Of a DNA stretch of 60,629 nucleotides, positions 37,096-46,576 are shown one piece after another. A program made the position numbers and the translations under genes. Under the pieces are notes generated by a model, which saw only the letters and a list, made by a program, of their open reading frames with translations, was not told the origin of the DNA and made no database searches. Source of the stretch: Gemmatimonadaceae bacterium (lineage in GTDB: Bacteria; Gemmatimonadota; Gemmatimonadetes; Gemmatimonadales; Gemmatimonadaceae). Within the stretch, counting starts at the first letter, position 1. Each line of letters begins with the position of its first letter. Where the stretch lies: positions 1 to 60,629 of the forward strand of contig DASSNV010000169.1 of the NCBI GenBank assembly GCA_035701245.1. The letters run 5' to 3'.

Positions 37096-38328
37096 CTAAT
37101 TCAATTCGTCGAGCGCCCGCAGACTCGGGATGGTGGCCGCGGTGAGTCCGACTACGCCAAGCGTGACGAAGCCGCCGAGCACGACTGACCTCACTGTCCC
37201 GAGGAGCCGCGCCGCGACACCCGACTCGAACGAGCCAATCTCATTCGACGAGCCGATGAAGATCTGATTGGCGGCGGAGACCCTGCCCAGCAAGTGAGGT
37301 GGTGTGCGCAAGGTCATGAGGGTGGATCGAATCACGACGCTGACGTTGTCGACCATCCCGCTGATCACCAGTAGCGTCAGCGACAGCCAGAACCATCGGG
37401 AGAGCGCGAAGAAGATCCAGCACAACCCGAACGCCCCGACGCAGGCAAATAGGGTCAGACCGGCATTCCGGAGCCTCCGGTGAACGAGCAACAGGGAAAT
37501 CAGAACAGCGCCCGCCGCTGGAGCCGCGCGGAGGACGCCAAGCGCCTCGGGACCAGTATGCAGGATGTCCGAAGTGAAGATCGGCAGCAGCGCCGGTGCA
37601 CCGCCGAACAGCACCGAGAACAGGTCCAGCACCTGCGCGCCGAGCAGCTCCGGCTGAGTGATAAGGAACCGAATTCCAACCGTCAGGTTCTGGGCGATCG
37701 TCGCGTCGCTGATGACGGGAGGTTGTCGAACGTAGGCGACCTGCGCGAATAGCCCCAGCGCCAGCGCGCAAAAGACTGCTTCGACGGTGTAGGCGAGACG
37801 AGCCCCCGAGAAAGCGTACAGCATTCCGCCGGTTGCCGGTCCAACGACCGCCGCGAACTCCCACAGGGAAGAACGCCACGTAATCGCGTTGGTGTAAACC
37901 TTTCGTGGGACGATTTCGGCGCCCAGTGCCGTGCGCGCCGGTGACAGGAAGCTGCGCGCGAGGCCGCTGACAAAGACGACCGCGTAGATCGGCATGACGG
38001 TGCCCGTCAGAAATCGCCGCGGATACATAGCGAGCACGAGCAACGCGGCGCCGCAAAGGAGCTGCACTCCGATCGCGACCAGCGACAGCAGTTTTCGGTC
38101 GTGGCGGTCGGCAATGTGACCGGCGTAAAGTGCGGCGGTGATGAACGGTAACGCCTCCGCGAGTCCAACGAGGCCGAGCGAGAGAGGGTCCTTGGTCAGT
38201 GCATAAACCTGCCACGCCACGACCGTGGCCTGGATCTGGGTTCCGAGCGTCAACACTACCAGGCTGGCAAGGTACCACCGAAAACTCGCGATGCGCAGCG
38301 ATATGTACGGGTCGTGTCGCTCGGCCAT
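37096..38328 (-). CDS. MFS transporter (EntS/macrolide-type)
   Basis: About 12 hydrophobic segments; GHIADRHDRK motif A; TPPHLLGRV. Confidence 0.9.
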   Translation of the reverse strand: MAERHDPYISLRIASFRWYLASLVVLTLGTQIQATVVAWQVYALTKDPLSLGLVGLAEALPFITAALYAGHIADRHDRKLLSLVAIGVQLLCGAALLVLAMYPRRFLTGTVMPIYAVVFVSGLARSFLSPARTALGAEIVPRKVYTNAITWRSSLWEFAAVVGPATGGMLYAFSGARLAYTVEAVFCALALGLFAQVAYVRQPPVISDATIAQNLTVGIRFLITQPELLGAQVLDLFSVLFGGAPALLPIFTSDILHTGPEALGVLRAAPAAGAVLISLLLVHRRLRNAGLTLFACVGAFGLCWIFFALSRWFWLSLTLLVISGMVDNVSVVIRSTLMTLRTPPHLLGRVSAANQIFIGSSNEIGSFESGVAARLLGTVRSVVLGGFVTLGVVGLTAATIPSLRALDELN

Positions 38329-38457
38329 TCCTCAGACGGAAACGGGAAGCCGGATGATACCCAGCACGGTCGACGGCGGCAATCAGTACCCGTAGCGCGC
38401 CATCGCGCGCTCCATTTTATTAGACTGCGGTGGGTCAGGCGTCTCCAGGAGGCGAAC

Positions 38458-38997
38458 GTGAGCAGCGCAACTTTGACGACAGCGGGCGCGACGAGGCCGG
38501 AGAAATCGGAGTTCCTTCCCTACTACGAGCGATACATCGACCTCGTACCGGAAGGAGACGTAGTCGCAAACCTCGTTACCCAGATGAACGAGACCCAGGA
38601 GCTGTTGCGAAGTCTACCCGCGTCCGTTGCGACCTACCGCTACGCGCCCGACAAGTGGAGCGTCAACGAGGTCGTCGGCCATCTGATCGACAGCGAGCGA
38701 CAGTTTGCTTTCCGAGCCCTCCGATTCGCGCGCAACGACGCGGCACCTGTTCCCGGCTTTGAGCAGGATGACTACGTCCGCAACGCCAACTTCGACGCTT
38801 ATCCGTTGGCGGATCTCGCGTCGGAGCTCGAGGCGGTTCGACAGTCGACGGTGTTTCTGTTCAGGCACATGGACGACGCCGCATGGATGCGGCGTGGCAT
38901 TGCCAACAACGCCGAAGTGTCAGTGCGAGCGCTCGCCTACATCATCGCCGGACACGAGCTGCACCACCGGGCGATTCTCTCGGCGCGCTACCTGTAA
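38458..38997 (+). CDS. DinB/YfiT-superfamily protein
   Basis: AGGAGG SD plus GTG; YAPDKWSVNEVVGHLIDSER...GHELHH metal triad. Confidence 0.88.
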   Translation: MSSATLTTAGATRPEKSEFLPYYERYIDLVPEGDVVANLVTQMNETQELLRSLPASVATYRYAPDKWSVNEVVGHLIDSERQFAFRALRFARNDAAPVPGFEQDDYVRNANFDAYPLADLASELEAVRQSTVFLFRHMDDAAWMRRGIANNAEVSVRALAYIIAGHELHHRAILSARYL

Positions 38998-39047
38998 AAC
39001 TCCGCCCCACCTCGGTTTTCCGTGGAATCATCGAACCCGCCGCGAAC

Positions 39048-39240
39048 AACTGCAACGGAACGGGTGCGAGACGTCAGTAGCGTCGATGCAAGTGATTGGT
39101 TCACTACGTCGGGACGTTTCCAAGTGGCGTAGGGCAAGAGCGTTGCCGGTACCGTGGATGCGCCGGTAACGTCCCGACGTCCCTGAACCCTCAAACTGGC
39201 CACTATGCTAATCGCATCTCGCACCCGTTCCGTTACAGTT
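39048..39240. repeat. Two-armed palindromic intergenic repeat, copy B
   Basis: AACTGCAACGGAACGGGTGCGAGA...TCTCGCACCCGTTCCGTTACAGTT; inner ACGTCGGGACGTT...AACGTCCCGACGT; 193 nt versus 194 nt for copy A. Confidence 0.85.
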
Positions 39241-39247
39241 AAGCGCG

Positions 39248-40084
39248 TCAGAGTGTGCAGCTCCGGGGATCGCCTGACTGAAATCCGCGCTTGAACGACG
39301 CTGATCTTTGCGCCGCGGAGCCGTGCGTAAAGGAATCGACGTTGATCCGTCCCGTCGTCTCCTGCTGGATGCGGTCGTCGCCGACCGAGGCGGCGGCATT
39401 CAACGCCTCATCGACGTCGCCGGCTTGCAGCATCTGCCGCTGATCGGTCGAGTGAGCCCAGATCCCGGCGTAGCAGTCGGCCTGTAGCTCGAGACGCACC
39501 GAAAGCTCGTTGGCGTCGGCCGGATTGGCTTCCTGCGCCTGACGGATCCGTGCGTCGGTGCCCAGGAGGTGCTGGACGTGGTGCCCGAGCTCGTGGGCGA
39601 TCACGTAGGCGCGGGCAAAATCCCCGGAGGCGCCGAATCTCTGCTGGAGCTCGTCGAAGAAGCCGAGATCGAGATAGACGCGCTCGTCTTCGGGGCAGTA
39701 GAACGGTCCCATCGCCGACTCCGCGCCTCCGCAGCCAGAGCTCGTCGAGTTGCGAAAGAGAACCAGGCGCGCCGGGTGGAATTGCGCTCCGTAATTGGGC
39801 AGGGTCTTCGCCCAGGTGTTCTGAACATCGTCCAGCACGAATGAGACGAACTGCACCTGCTCCTCCTGCGCCGCCGAATCAGCGGCGGAGAGCGGAGCGT
39901 TCGATGCCGCCATGCCGGGCTCGACGCCCAGGTCGCTAAAGAGATTGCGCCCGAAAAGCAGACTGAGGGCGAGTACTACCACGGTACCGCCAATTCCCAA
40001 TCCGCGGCCCATGCCGCCCCCCAGGCCGCCCATGGAACGGCGATCCTCGAGGTTGGGACTACGTCCGCCTGGTGTCCATCGCAT
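39248..40084 (-). CDS. Neutral zinc metallopeptidase (YpfJ family)
   Basis: NLEDRR, GPFYCPED, YVIAHELGHHVQ, ELQADCYAG, FTHGS. Confidence 0.92.
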   Translation of the reverse strand: MRWTPGGRSPNLEDRRSMGGLGGGMGRGLGIGGTVVVLALSLLFGRNLFSDLGVEPGMAASNAPLSAADSAAQEEQVQFVSFVLDDVQNTWAKTLPNYGAQFHPARLVLFRNSTSSGCGGAESAMGPFYCPEDERVYLDLGFFDELQQRFGASGDFARAYVIAHELGHHVQHLLGTDARIRQAQEANPADANELSVRLELQADCYAGIWAHSTDQRQMLQAGDVDEALNAAASVGDDRIQQETTGRINVDSFTHGSAAQRSASFKRGFQSGDPRSCTL

Positions 40085-40144
40085 TGGCTTCCTCCGGAAG
40101 TTGTTCTAACTCCGGAGGCGACTAAGGCAAAAACCCCGCCCGAA

Positions 40145-41197
40145 TCAGGCGACCAGTACGGCGTTCCCCCGCCAATCGATCCCCAGCAGAGCTTTGGCGA
40201 TCGTCGGGTCGAAGTGACTGCCTGCCCTGCGTTTGATCTCGGCCAGAGTCTCGTCGATGCCACGCGCCGGCCGGTACGGCCGCTCGTGGGTCAGTGCATC
40301 GAGGAAGTCGGCGACGGCGACGATCCGCGCCTCCATGGGAATGCTCTGCCCCGACACCCGGTCCGGATACCCCGACCCATCCCACCACTCGTGATGACTG
40401 CGCGCGATCCGCTGCGACACCCGGACCAGCTCGGAACGCCCCTTCGACAGCATCCGGGAACCGATGACAGTGTGGGTCTTCATGATCTCGAATTCCTCTG
40501 CCGTGAGCGGACCGGCCTTGAGAAGAATGCTGTCCGGTATTCCCACCTTGCCGATGTCATGAAGCGGCGCGGCGCGGCGAATCAGCTCGCTCGAGATCGG
40601 ATCGAGTCCGACTTCCGCGGCAAGGAGCGCGGAGACGTGCCCAACCCGGCGGGTATGGTTTCCCGTATCGTCGTCGCGAAACTCGACTGCCGCCGCGAGT
40701 CTCTCCAGCACTTCCAGCTGCGATTGCTCCAGCTCGCGCGTCCGCTCCGCCACCTTCCGCTCGAGCTCCACGTTTTGTCCGCGGAGTCGACGGTACAGGA
40801 AGTGGGTCTCGAGAAGGTTGTTGATGCGCAGCAGAACTTCCGCCGAGTCGAACGGCTTGCCGACGAAATCCTTGGCGCCAAGCGCGAGCGCATGGCGCTT
40901 GACCTCTGCGCTGTCGTCGGCGGTGATCATCAGCACCGGCAGATATCCGTCGCCGCTCTGCAGCATGATCTCCTCGAGCACCTGGAAGCCGTCCTTGCCA
41001 TTCATGTGCAGATCGAGGAGAACCAGGTCCGGCTTGAACTGAATGAAGAGGCCGAGGGCTTCGTCGGAATTGGTGGTCGAAGCGACATCGTCGTAGCCCG
41101 CCTTCGCGAGGATGCGCGTCAGCAACCGAATGTTCTGCTCGTGATCGTCGACGATGAGAATCCGTCCGGACTTGTCGCGGCGTTGACTGTTGATCAC
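40145..41197 (-). CDS. REC-HD-GYP response regulator (RpfG-like c-di-GMP phosphodiesterase)
   Basis: REC (VDD, DLHM, KPF); HDIGK; HHEWWDGSGYP; RPYR. Confidence 0.93.
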   Translation of the reverse strand: MINSQRRDKSGRILIVDDHEQNIRLLTRILAKAGYDDVASTTNSDEALGLFIQFKPDLVLLDLHMNGKDGFQVLEEIMLQSGDGYLPVLMITADDSAEVKRHALALGAKDFVGKPFDSAEVLLRINNLLETHFLYRRLRGQNVELERKVAERTRELEQSQLEVLERLAAAVEFRDDDTGNHTRRVGHVSALLAAEVGLDPISSELIRRAAPLHDIGKVGIPDSILLKAGPLTAEEFEIMKTHTVIGSRMLSKGRSELVRVSQRIARSHHEWWDGSGYPDRVSGQSIPMEARIVAVADFLDALTHERPYRPARGIDETLAEIKRRAGSHFDPTIAKALLGIDWRGNAVLVA

Positions 41198-41204
41198 TGA
41201 TTTC

Positions 41205-42317
41205 TCAGGCCGCGGTAGATGGCTTGCTCAGGACGGCGCGTACAGCGTTGCGCAGACTCTCGGCAGTGAACGGCTTCTGCAGAAAGTCCGTCTCCGACGC
41301 CTGAATGCCGCGCCGGAGGATCTCGTTGTCGGTGTATCCGGACATGAACAGCACCCGCAGTCCGGGACTCAGCTCGTGGAGCTCATCGACCATCCCGCGG
41401 CCGCCGAGTGTCGGCATTTCGACATCGGTGAGAACAAGATCGATCTCGCCGACTTCTTCGGCGGCGACGCGCAGCGCCATTGCGCCATCGGACGCTTCGA
41501 GCACCCGATAGCCGGCCTCGGACAGGATCCGCTTTCCCAGCTTTCGCAGCGCCTTCTCGTCGTCGACGAGAAGGATCGTCTCGCGTCCGGTATGCTCGCC
41601 GTGCTTGAGGCGCCTGATCTGAGATGCTTCGGCCTCCTCGGCTTCCCGCGCGGCGCGCTCCTCCGGAGACTCCTTGAGCGGCGATCCAGGCAATGGGACG
41701 TTCCCCGTACCACGATCGAGGCCGGTGGGCTGTGGAAGCACACGCCGGCTGGTGAGGAGAAGATTTTGAGTGATTGCGACCGCCCGCTCGACCGAGGCGC
41801 GGATGTCGGCGGCTTCCTGGGTGGAGAGACGGCTGTCAGCGAGCATGCCCTCGATCAGATCCGAGTTCATGCGGATCACCGTCAGCAGGTTGTTCAGCTC
41901 GTGGGCACCGCGTCCGGCGAGGTCGGCGAATGTCTGGAGCTCCTGCGTCTTCACAGCGAGAGTCTCCTCGAGCGGGCGACCCGCACTCAGGTCTTCAATG
42001 GCGAGAAGGATCGTCGTATCCGATTTTTCCGCCGAGGGAACCAGACGCGCGCTGAGCCATAGTACGCCACGACCGCCTTCCTTTTCGTCGTGAATGAGCT
42101 CGAAGTGATCGGACTGTGGCTCGCCGTCGAGCACGCGCTCGAGCATCGGTCTCAGCTTTTCGTCCCACGCCCGGCCGCCAAGCTCGTAGACCTTGTGACC
42201 GACGCACTCGCTTGGCGCGAGGCGGAACATTGCGTAGAAGGCTTTGTTGGCGGCGCGCACGTTCAGCTCGGGATCGAGCACGAGCAGCGCTTCGCCGGAA
42301 GTAGAGGGGCTATTCAT
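41205..42317 (-). CDS. PAS-HisKA-REC protein lacking the HATPase domain
   Basis: PAS, H-box AHELNNLLTVI, then REC (ETILLVDDE, TDVEMP, MSGY, QKPF) with no N/G1/F/G2 boxes between. Confidence 0.82.
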   Translation of the reverse strand: MNSPSTSGEALLVLDPELNVRAANKAFYAMFRLAPSECVGHKVYELGGRAWDEKLRPMLERVLDGEPQSDHFELIHDEKEGGRGVLWLSARLVPSAEKSDTTILLAIEDLSAGRPLEETLAVKTQELQTFADLAGRGAHELNNLLTVIRMNSDLIEGMLADSRLSTQEAADIRASVERAVAITQNLLLTSRRVLPQPTGLDRGTGNVPLPGSPLKESPEERAAREAEEAEASQIRRLKHGEHTGRETILLVDDEKALRKLGKRILSEAGYRVLEASDGAMALRVAAEEVGEIDLVLTDVEMPTLGGRGMVDELHELSPGLRVLFMSGYTDNEILRRGIQASETDFLQKPFTAESLRNAVRAVLSKPSTAA

Positions 42318-42419
42318 TCCACATCATTAGAGGTGCCGTCCTATTAGGACGACTTTGTGCCGGAGGCGTATCGGCGTCGCGCTTGCGCTCTTTTCGCCGT
42401 GGCTGTCCAGTGGCAGCAC

Positions 42420-42447
42420 AAAAAAAGGCCGCCATCACTGGCGGCCT
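42420..42447 (-). terminator. Rho-independent terminator of rpsA
   Basis: AGGCCGCCA-N4-TGGCGGCCT stem followed by a T-run on the minus strand. Confidence 0.85.
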
Positions 42448-42464
42448 CTAGTCTCGGAGCGCGA

Positions 42465-44282
42465 TTACGCCGGCTCTTCGATGTAGCTGTCGGGCGGCGT
42501 CGGGATCGGATCCGACATGTTGTAATCGTCGGACTCCATGGGGATGACCTTGGATGGCGTCTCCGGACGCGGCGGCTGCTCCTCGGGAATCGCCGTTACT
42601 GCCAGGACGATGCGACGGTGGATCGGATCGACCTCTAAAACTCTGAGATCGAGGTTCATCGTCTCGTAGACGATGTCCGCGGGACTGTTGACCGGCTGGC
42701 CGAAATTCAGCTGGCTCACCGGAACGAAGCCTTCGATGTCGTTGCCGATATCGACGACCACGCCCTTGTCCATCAGTCTGACGACCTTGCCGCGCAGCTC
42801 GGTTCCGACCGGGTAAGTCTCGCCGATTCTCAGCCACGGATCCTCGGTCGCCTGCTTGAGTCCGAGAGAAATTCTCTTGTTCTCTGCATCGACGTTGAGA
42901 ATCACGACATCGACCGAGTCACCCTTCTTCACGACTTCCGACGGATGCTGGACGCGCTTCGTCCAGGACATGTCGGAGATGTGAATCAAACCATCGATGC
43001 CCGGCTCGATCTCCACGAAAGCACCGAAGCTCGTGAGGTTGCGCACCTTGCCGTTGAGACGAGTGCCGACCGGATACTTCTCCGGCAGCATCATCCACGG
43101 ATCCTGCTCCGTCTGCTTCATGCCGAGTGAGATCTTCTCCTCGTTCGGATCGACCTTGAGCACCACCGCTTCGATCGCCTCGCCAATCGAAACGAGCTTC
43201 GACGGGTGACGGACGTTGCGCGTCCAGCTCATCTCGCTGATGTGCACCAGGCCTTCGATGCCCGGCTCCAGCTCGATGAACGCGCCGTAGTTGGTGATGC
43301 TGACAACCTTGCCCGACACTCTAGTGCCGACCGGATACTTCTCCGCGACATCCTTCCACGGATAGCTCTGGAGCTGCTTGAGGCCGAGCGAGATTCTCTC
43401 GCGGTCCCAATCGATGTCGAGGACTTTGACTTCCAGCTCCTGACCGATGTGAACCATCTCGGACGGATGCTGAATGCGCCCGTACGACATGTCGGTGATG
43501 TGGAGCAGCCCGTCAACGCCGCCGAGGTCGATGAACGCGCCGAAGTCGGTGATGTTCTTGACGACTCCCTTGCGCACCTGATCCTTCTGCAGCTCCTTCA
43601 TCAGCTTCTCGCGCTTGCCCGCCCGCTCCTGCTCGAGGATCACTCGGCGCGAGACGACGATATTGCGGCGGCGCTTATTGAGCTTGATGATCTTGAAGTC
43701 GAAAGTCTGGCCGAGGAGCTCGTCGACGTTCGGGACGCGACGCAGCGCGATCTGCGATCCGGGGAGGAAAGCATCGACTCCCATCAGATCGACCACGACG
43801 CCGCCCTTGATTTTCTTGATCAGGGTACCGCGCACGGGCTCGTCGTTCTCGTAGGCGACGCGGATGCGCTCCCACACGCGCATGAAGTCGGCCTTCTTCT
43901 TCGACAGCACGACGGAACCTTCCTGGTCCTCGAGGTGCTCGAGCAGAACTTCGACTTCGTCGCCCGGCTTGAGATCGGGAAGATCCTTGAACTCTTCGAG
44001 AGGGATCGTCCCTTCGGATTTGAATCCGATGTCGAGGACGACCATGTTGTCACGGATATCGAGCACACGGGACTTGACGATTTCGCCCTCTTCGATCGAG
44101 GCCATCGTCCCGTTGTACATCTCCATCATCGTCTCGAGCTCGTCCTGCGAGTAATCGTCCTCGTCGTAGAGCTCGGGTCTCAGGTTGGCAAGCGGACGCA
44201 GCTGCGCCTTCTGCAGGTCGCGCTTCTCTCGCGCGGTCAGCGTCGTGCCGGTTTGGGTTGTTTGGTTGGGCGAGTCTATCAT
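42465..44282 (-). CDS. rpsA: 30S ribosomal protein S1
   Basis: Six S1 repeats (DIGFKSEG, AFLPGSQ, DFGAFIDLGGVDGLLHI, YGAFIELEPGIEGLVHISEMSW). Confidence 0.98.
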   Translation of the reverse strand: MIDSPNQTTQTGTTLTAREKRDLQKAQLRPLANLRPELYDEDDYSQDELETMMEMYNGTMASIEEGEIVKSRVLDIRDNMVVLDIGFKSEGTIPLEEFKDLPDLKPGDEVEVLLEHLEDQEGSVVLSKKKADFMRVWERIRVAYENDEPVRGTLIKKIKGGVVVDLMGVDAFLPGSQIALRRVPNVDELLGQTFDFKIIKLNKRRRNIVVSRRVILEQERAGKREKLMKELQKDQVRKGVVKNITDFGAFIDLGGVDGLLHITDMSYGRIQHPSEMVHIGQELEVKVLDIDWDRERISLGLKQLQSYPWKDVAEKYPVGTRVSGKVVSITNYGAFIELEPGIEGLVHISEMSWTRNVRHPSKLVSIGEAIEAVVLKVDPNEEKISLGMKQTEQDPWMMLPEKYPVGTRLNGKVRNLTSFGAFVEIEPGIDGLIHISDMSWTKRVQHPSEVVKKGDSVDVVILNVDAENKRISLGLKQATEDPWLRIGETYPVGTELRGKVVRLMDKGVVVDIGNDIEGFVPVSQLNFGQPVNSPADIVYETMNLDLRVLEVDPIHRRIVLAVTAIPEEQPPRPETPSKVIPMESDDYNMSDPIPTPPDSYIEEPA

Positions 44283-44324
44283 GTTGCTGGTTAAAGGGTT
44301 GAATACGTTCGAATCAAGCCTTTA

Positions 44325-44353
44325 AATGTAGACCGAGCACCCCCGTCGGTCAA
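44325..44353 (-). promoter_or_regulatory. Sigma70-type promoter of rpsA, TTGACC-N17-TACATT
   Basis: Consensus-like boxes with 17-nt spacer; short SD-less leader before ATG 44282. Confidence 0.6.
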
Positions 44354-44387
44354 CGTCGAGCGTAGAGGACGGCTCGAGAGCCGCGGA

Positions 44388-44603
44388 CTACTTGAGTCCC
44401 TTGGCGAGAAGCAGGATCAGCTCTTCGTCGGACAGGCCCTCGAGCGCTCCCACAGGGAGATCCATCGCGACCTCGCTGCCGTCGTCGCAGCGGAAGGCGA
44501 CGGTCACACTCGCCGGTTTGACCCTTCTGTCCGGTTGCCCGTCGGGACGAGACGATTCGAAAGCGCTCCAGTCCAGGCCGGCCCGATCTGTAAAGCGACG
44601 CAT
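44388..44603 (-). CDS. Small hypothetical protein (71 aa)
   Basis: Strong GGAGGT SD, ATG, co-directional between cmk and rpsA. Confidence 0.7.
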   Translation of the reverse strand: MRRFTDRAGLDWSAFESSRPDGQPDRRVKPASVTVAFRCDDGSEVAMDLPVGALEGLSDEELILLLAKGLK

Positions 44604-44657
44604 TAGCCACTACCTCCGAGTGCGCCCTGAGGGGCGCGTACCAGGCAACGCCCGGTG

Positions 44658-45323
44658 TCAGCCAGAGCGCTGCTCGGATAGAGTCACAATCTGTTCCACT
44701 TGCTCCTGCTGGGTCAGCCCGGTCGTGTCTATCACGATCGCATCGGCTGCGGGGACGGTTTGTCTGGCATCGAGGGCATCCCGCTCCCTGATTCGGATTG
44801 TCTCGTCATCGAGCAACCGCTCCGACGTCGGTGTCCCGCGCTGTCGCAGCCGTCGCGCAGCGCGCTCGCGGGAATCGGCGACCAGAAAAATTTTCAGGTC
44901 GGCATCCGGGAATACCACGGTCCCCATGTCGCGCCCATCGACCACGACGTCGTGGGAGAGCGCGGCACCCCGGACTTTCTCGTTGACCCACTGCCTGACG
45001 CGCTGCATTTGCGCGACCCGGGAGACGTTGCGCGTCACGTCCGCTCCGCGGATCTCATCTTCGATCGCCCTGCCCTCGAGTACCGGATAGAACGACGTGC
45101 GTGCAGCGCGCAGCTCTACCTGGCGCGCGGCATGTAGGACCGACTCTTCGGTCCATTTCGCGGCGTCGCCCTCGGCCCGAAGCATCGCCGCAGTCGCCGC
45201 GCGGTAAAGCGACCCCGAATCGACGTGCAGAAATCCGAGCCTCTCGGCGACCATCTGCGCGGTGGATGATTTGCCCGACGCCGCGGGTCCATCGATGGCA
45301 ATGACACGAGTGCGCGGACTCAC
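44658..45323 (-). CDS. cmk: Cytidylate kinase
   Basis: IAIDGPAASGKSS, DSGSLYRA, DGRDMGTVVFPDA; GTGA overlap with aroA. Confidence 0.96.
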   Translation of the reverse strand: MSPRTRVIAIDGPAASGKSSTAQMVAERLGFLHVDSGSLYRAATAAMLRAEGDAAKWTEESVLHAARQVELRAARTSFYPVLEGRAIEDEIRGADVTRNVSRVAQMQRVRQWVNEKVRGAALSHDVVVDGRDMGTVVFPDADLKIFLVADSRERAARRLRQRGTPTSERLLDDETIRIRERDALDARQTVPAADAIVIDTTGLTQQEQVEQIVTLSEQRSG

Positions 45324-46576
45324 GCCGTGACTCGCTGTAAGTCGTTCCAGAACCCGGGGTAGGAGACCGCAACGCACCCGGGATTACCGACCTTGATTCG
45401 GTTCCCTGACACGGCGGAGAGAACCCCGAACGCCATCGCGATACGATGATCTCCGCGGGGATCGATCACGCCCTCGAGCTTTCGCCTGCGGCCGATGACC
45501 CTGAGTCCATCCGGCAGCTCCTCCACTTCCGCTCCGACAGCGCGGAGGTTGTGGACCACCGTCGCGATCCGGTCGCTTTCCTTTACACGAAGCTCCTCGG
45601 CGCCCGTAATCTCGAGATCGATGCCCGCGGCAGCGGCGGTGCAGGCGAGCATTGGAAGCTCGTCGATGAGCGAAGGCACTTCGTCGGCGCCGACGCTCAC
45701 GCTCTCCAGCTGCGATGGCGCCACGCGCAGATTTCCGATTGCTTCACCACCCGTCTCGCTCGCATCCAGCTGGTCAATTCGCGCGCCCATCCTTTTCATC
45801 ACCTCGATGAAGCCCGTCCGCGTGGGGTTGAGGAGGACATCGGTCAGGAGAAGACTGCCGCCAGAAGCCAGGGCTGCCATCGCGACGAAGAACGCCGCCG
45901 ACGACGGGTCACCGGGCACGGTTATCTCGATCGCTGCAAGGTATTTCGCCGGCCGCAGACAGACCTGATTTCCGTCGTTCTCGATGTCCACCCCCATCGC
46001 TCGCAGCATCCGCTCGGTGTGGTCGCGCGAGGGAGATTTTTCGGTTACGCGGACTTCTACCCCCGCGACGAGTCCGGCGAGAACTATTGCACTCTTCACC
46101 TGCGCGCTCGCGGCGCGGGTATTCCAGTCGATGCCTCTCAGATCGGTGCCGTGGATCGTCATCGGGAGGCCCTCGCCCCCTGCGAACTCGAATCGCGCGC
46201 CCATCGAGCTGAGTGGCTCGGCGATGCGCTTCATGGGGCGGCGGCTTAGACTCGCGTCTCCCTCGAAACGGGACGTGAACGGATGCGCGGCTGCAACTCC
46301 CGACATCAGGCGAGTGGTCGTCCCGCTATTGCCGCAATCCAGCGGCTGTTGCGACTGCCTGAGGCCGCGCAGTCCAACGCCTTCGACGCGCATATCGCTG
46401 GCGATGTCTCCGATCGGAGCACCAAGAGCGCGAAGCACTCCGGCCGTCGAGCGAACATCCTCGGAGTCCAGAATGCCACGGACTTGCGACCGGCCGCTCG
46501 CCAGAGCGCCGAGGATGAGGGCGCGGTGGGAGATCGATTTGTCGCCGGGCACTCTGACGGTGCCCGTCACCTTCAG
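45320..46576 (-). CDS. aroA: 3-phosphoshikimate 1-carboxyvinyltransferase (start CTG 46576 or GTG 46570)
   Basis: PGDKSISHR, DCGNSGTT, SAQVKSA, RDHTER, PGDPSSAAF, RVKESDR, DHRIAM. Confidence 0.96.
   Translation of the reverse strand: MKVTGTVRVPGDKSISHRALILGALASGRSQVRGILDSEDVRSTAGVLRALGAPIGDIASDMRVEGVGLRGLRQSQQPLDCGNSGTTTRLMSGVAAAHPFTSRFEGDASLSRRPMKRIAEPLSSMGARFEFAGGEGLPMTIHGTDLRGIDWNTRAASAQVKSAIVLAGLVAGVEVRVTEKSPSRDHTERMLRAMGVDIENDGNQVCLRPAKYLAAIEITVPGDPSSAAFFVAMAALASGGSLLLTDVLLNPTRTGFIEVMKRMGARIDQLDASETGGEAIGNLRVAPSQLESVSVGADEVPSLIDELPMLACTAAAAGIDLEITGAEELRVKESDRIATVVHNLRAVGAEVEELPDGLRVIGRRRKLEGVIDPRGDHRIAMAFGVLSAVSGNRIKVGNPGCVAVSYPGFWNDLQRVTA

Noticed and set aside
42465-44282. Internal nucleotide repeats in rpsA
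   Set aside because: Explained by the tandem S1 domains of the protein.
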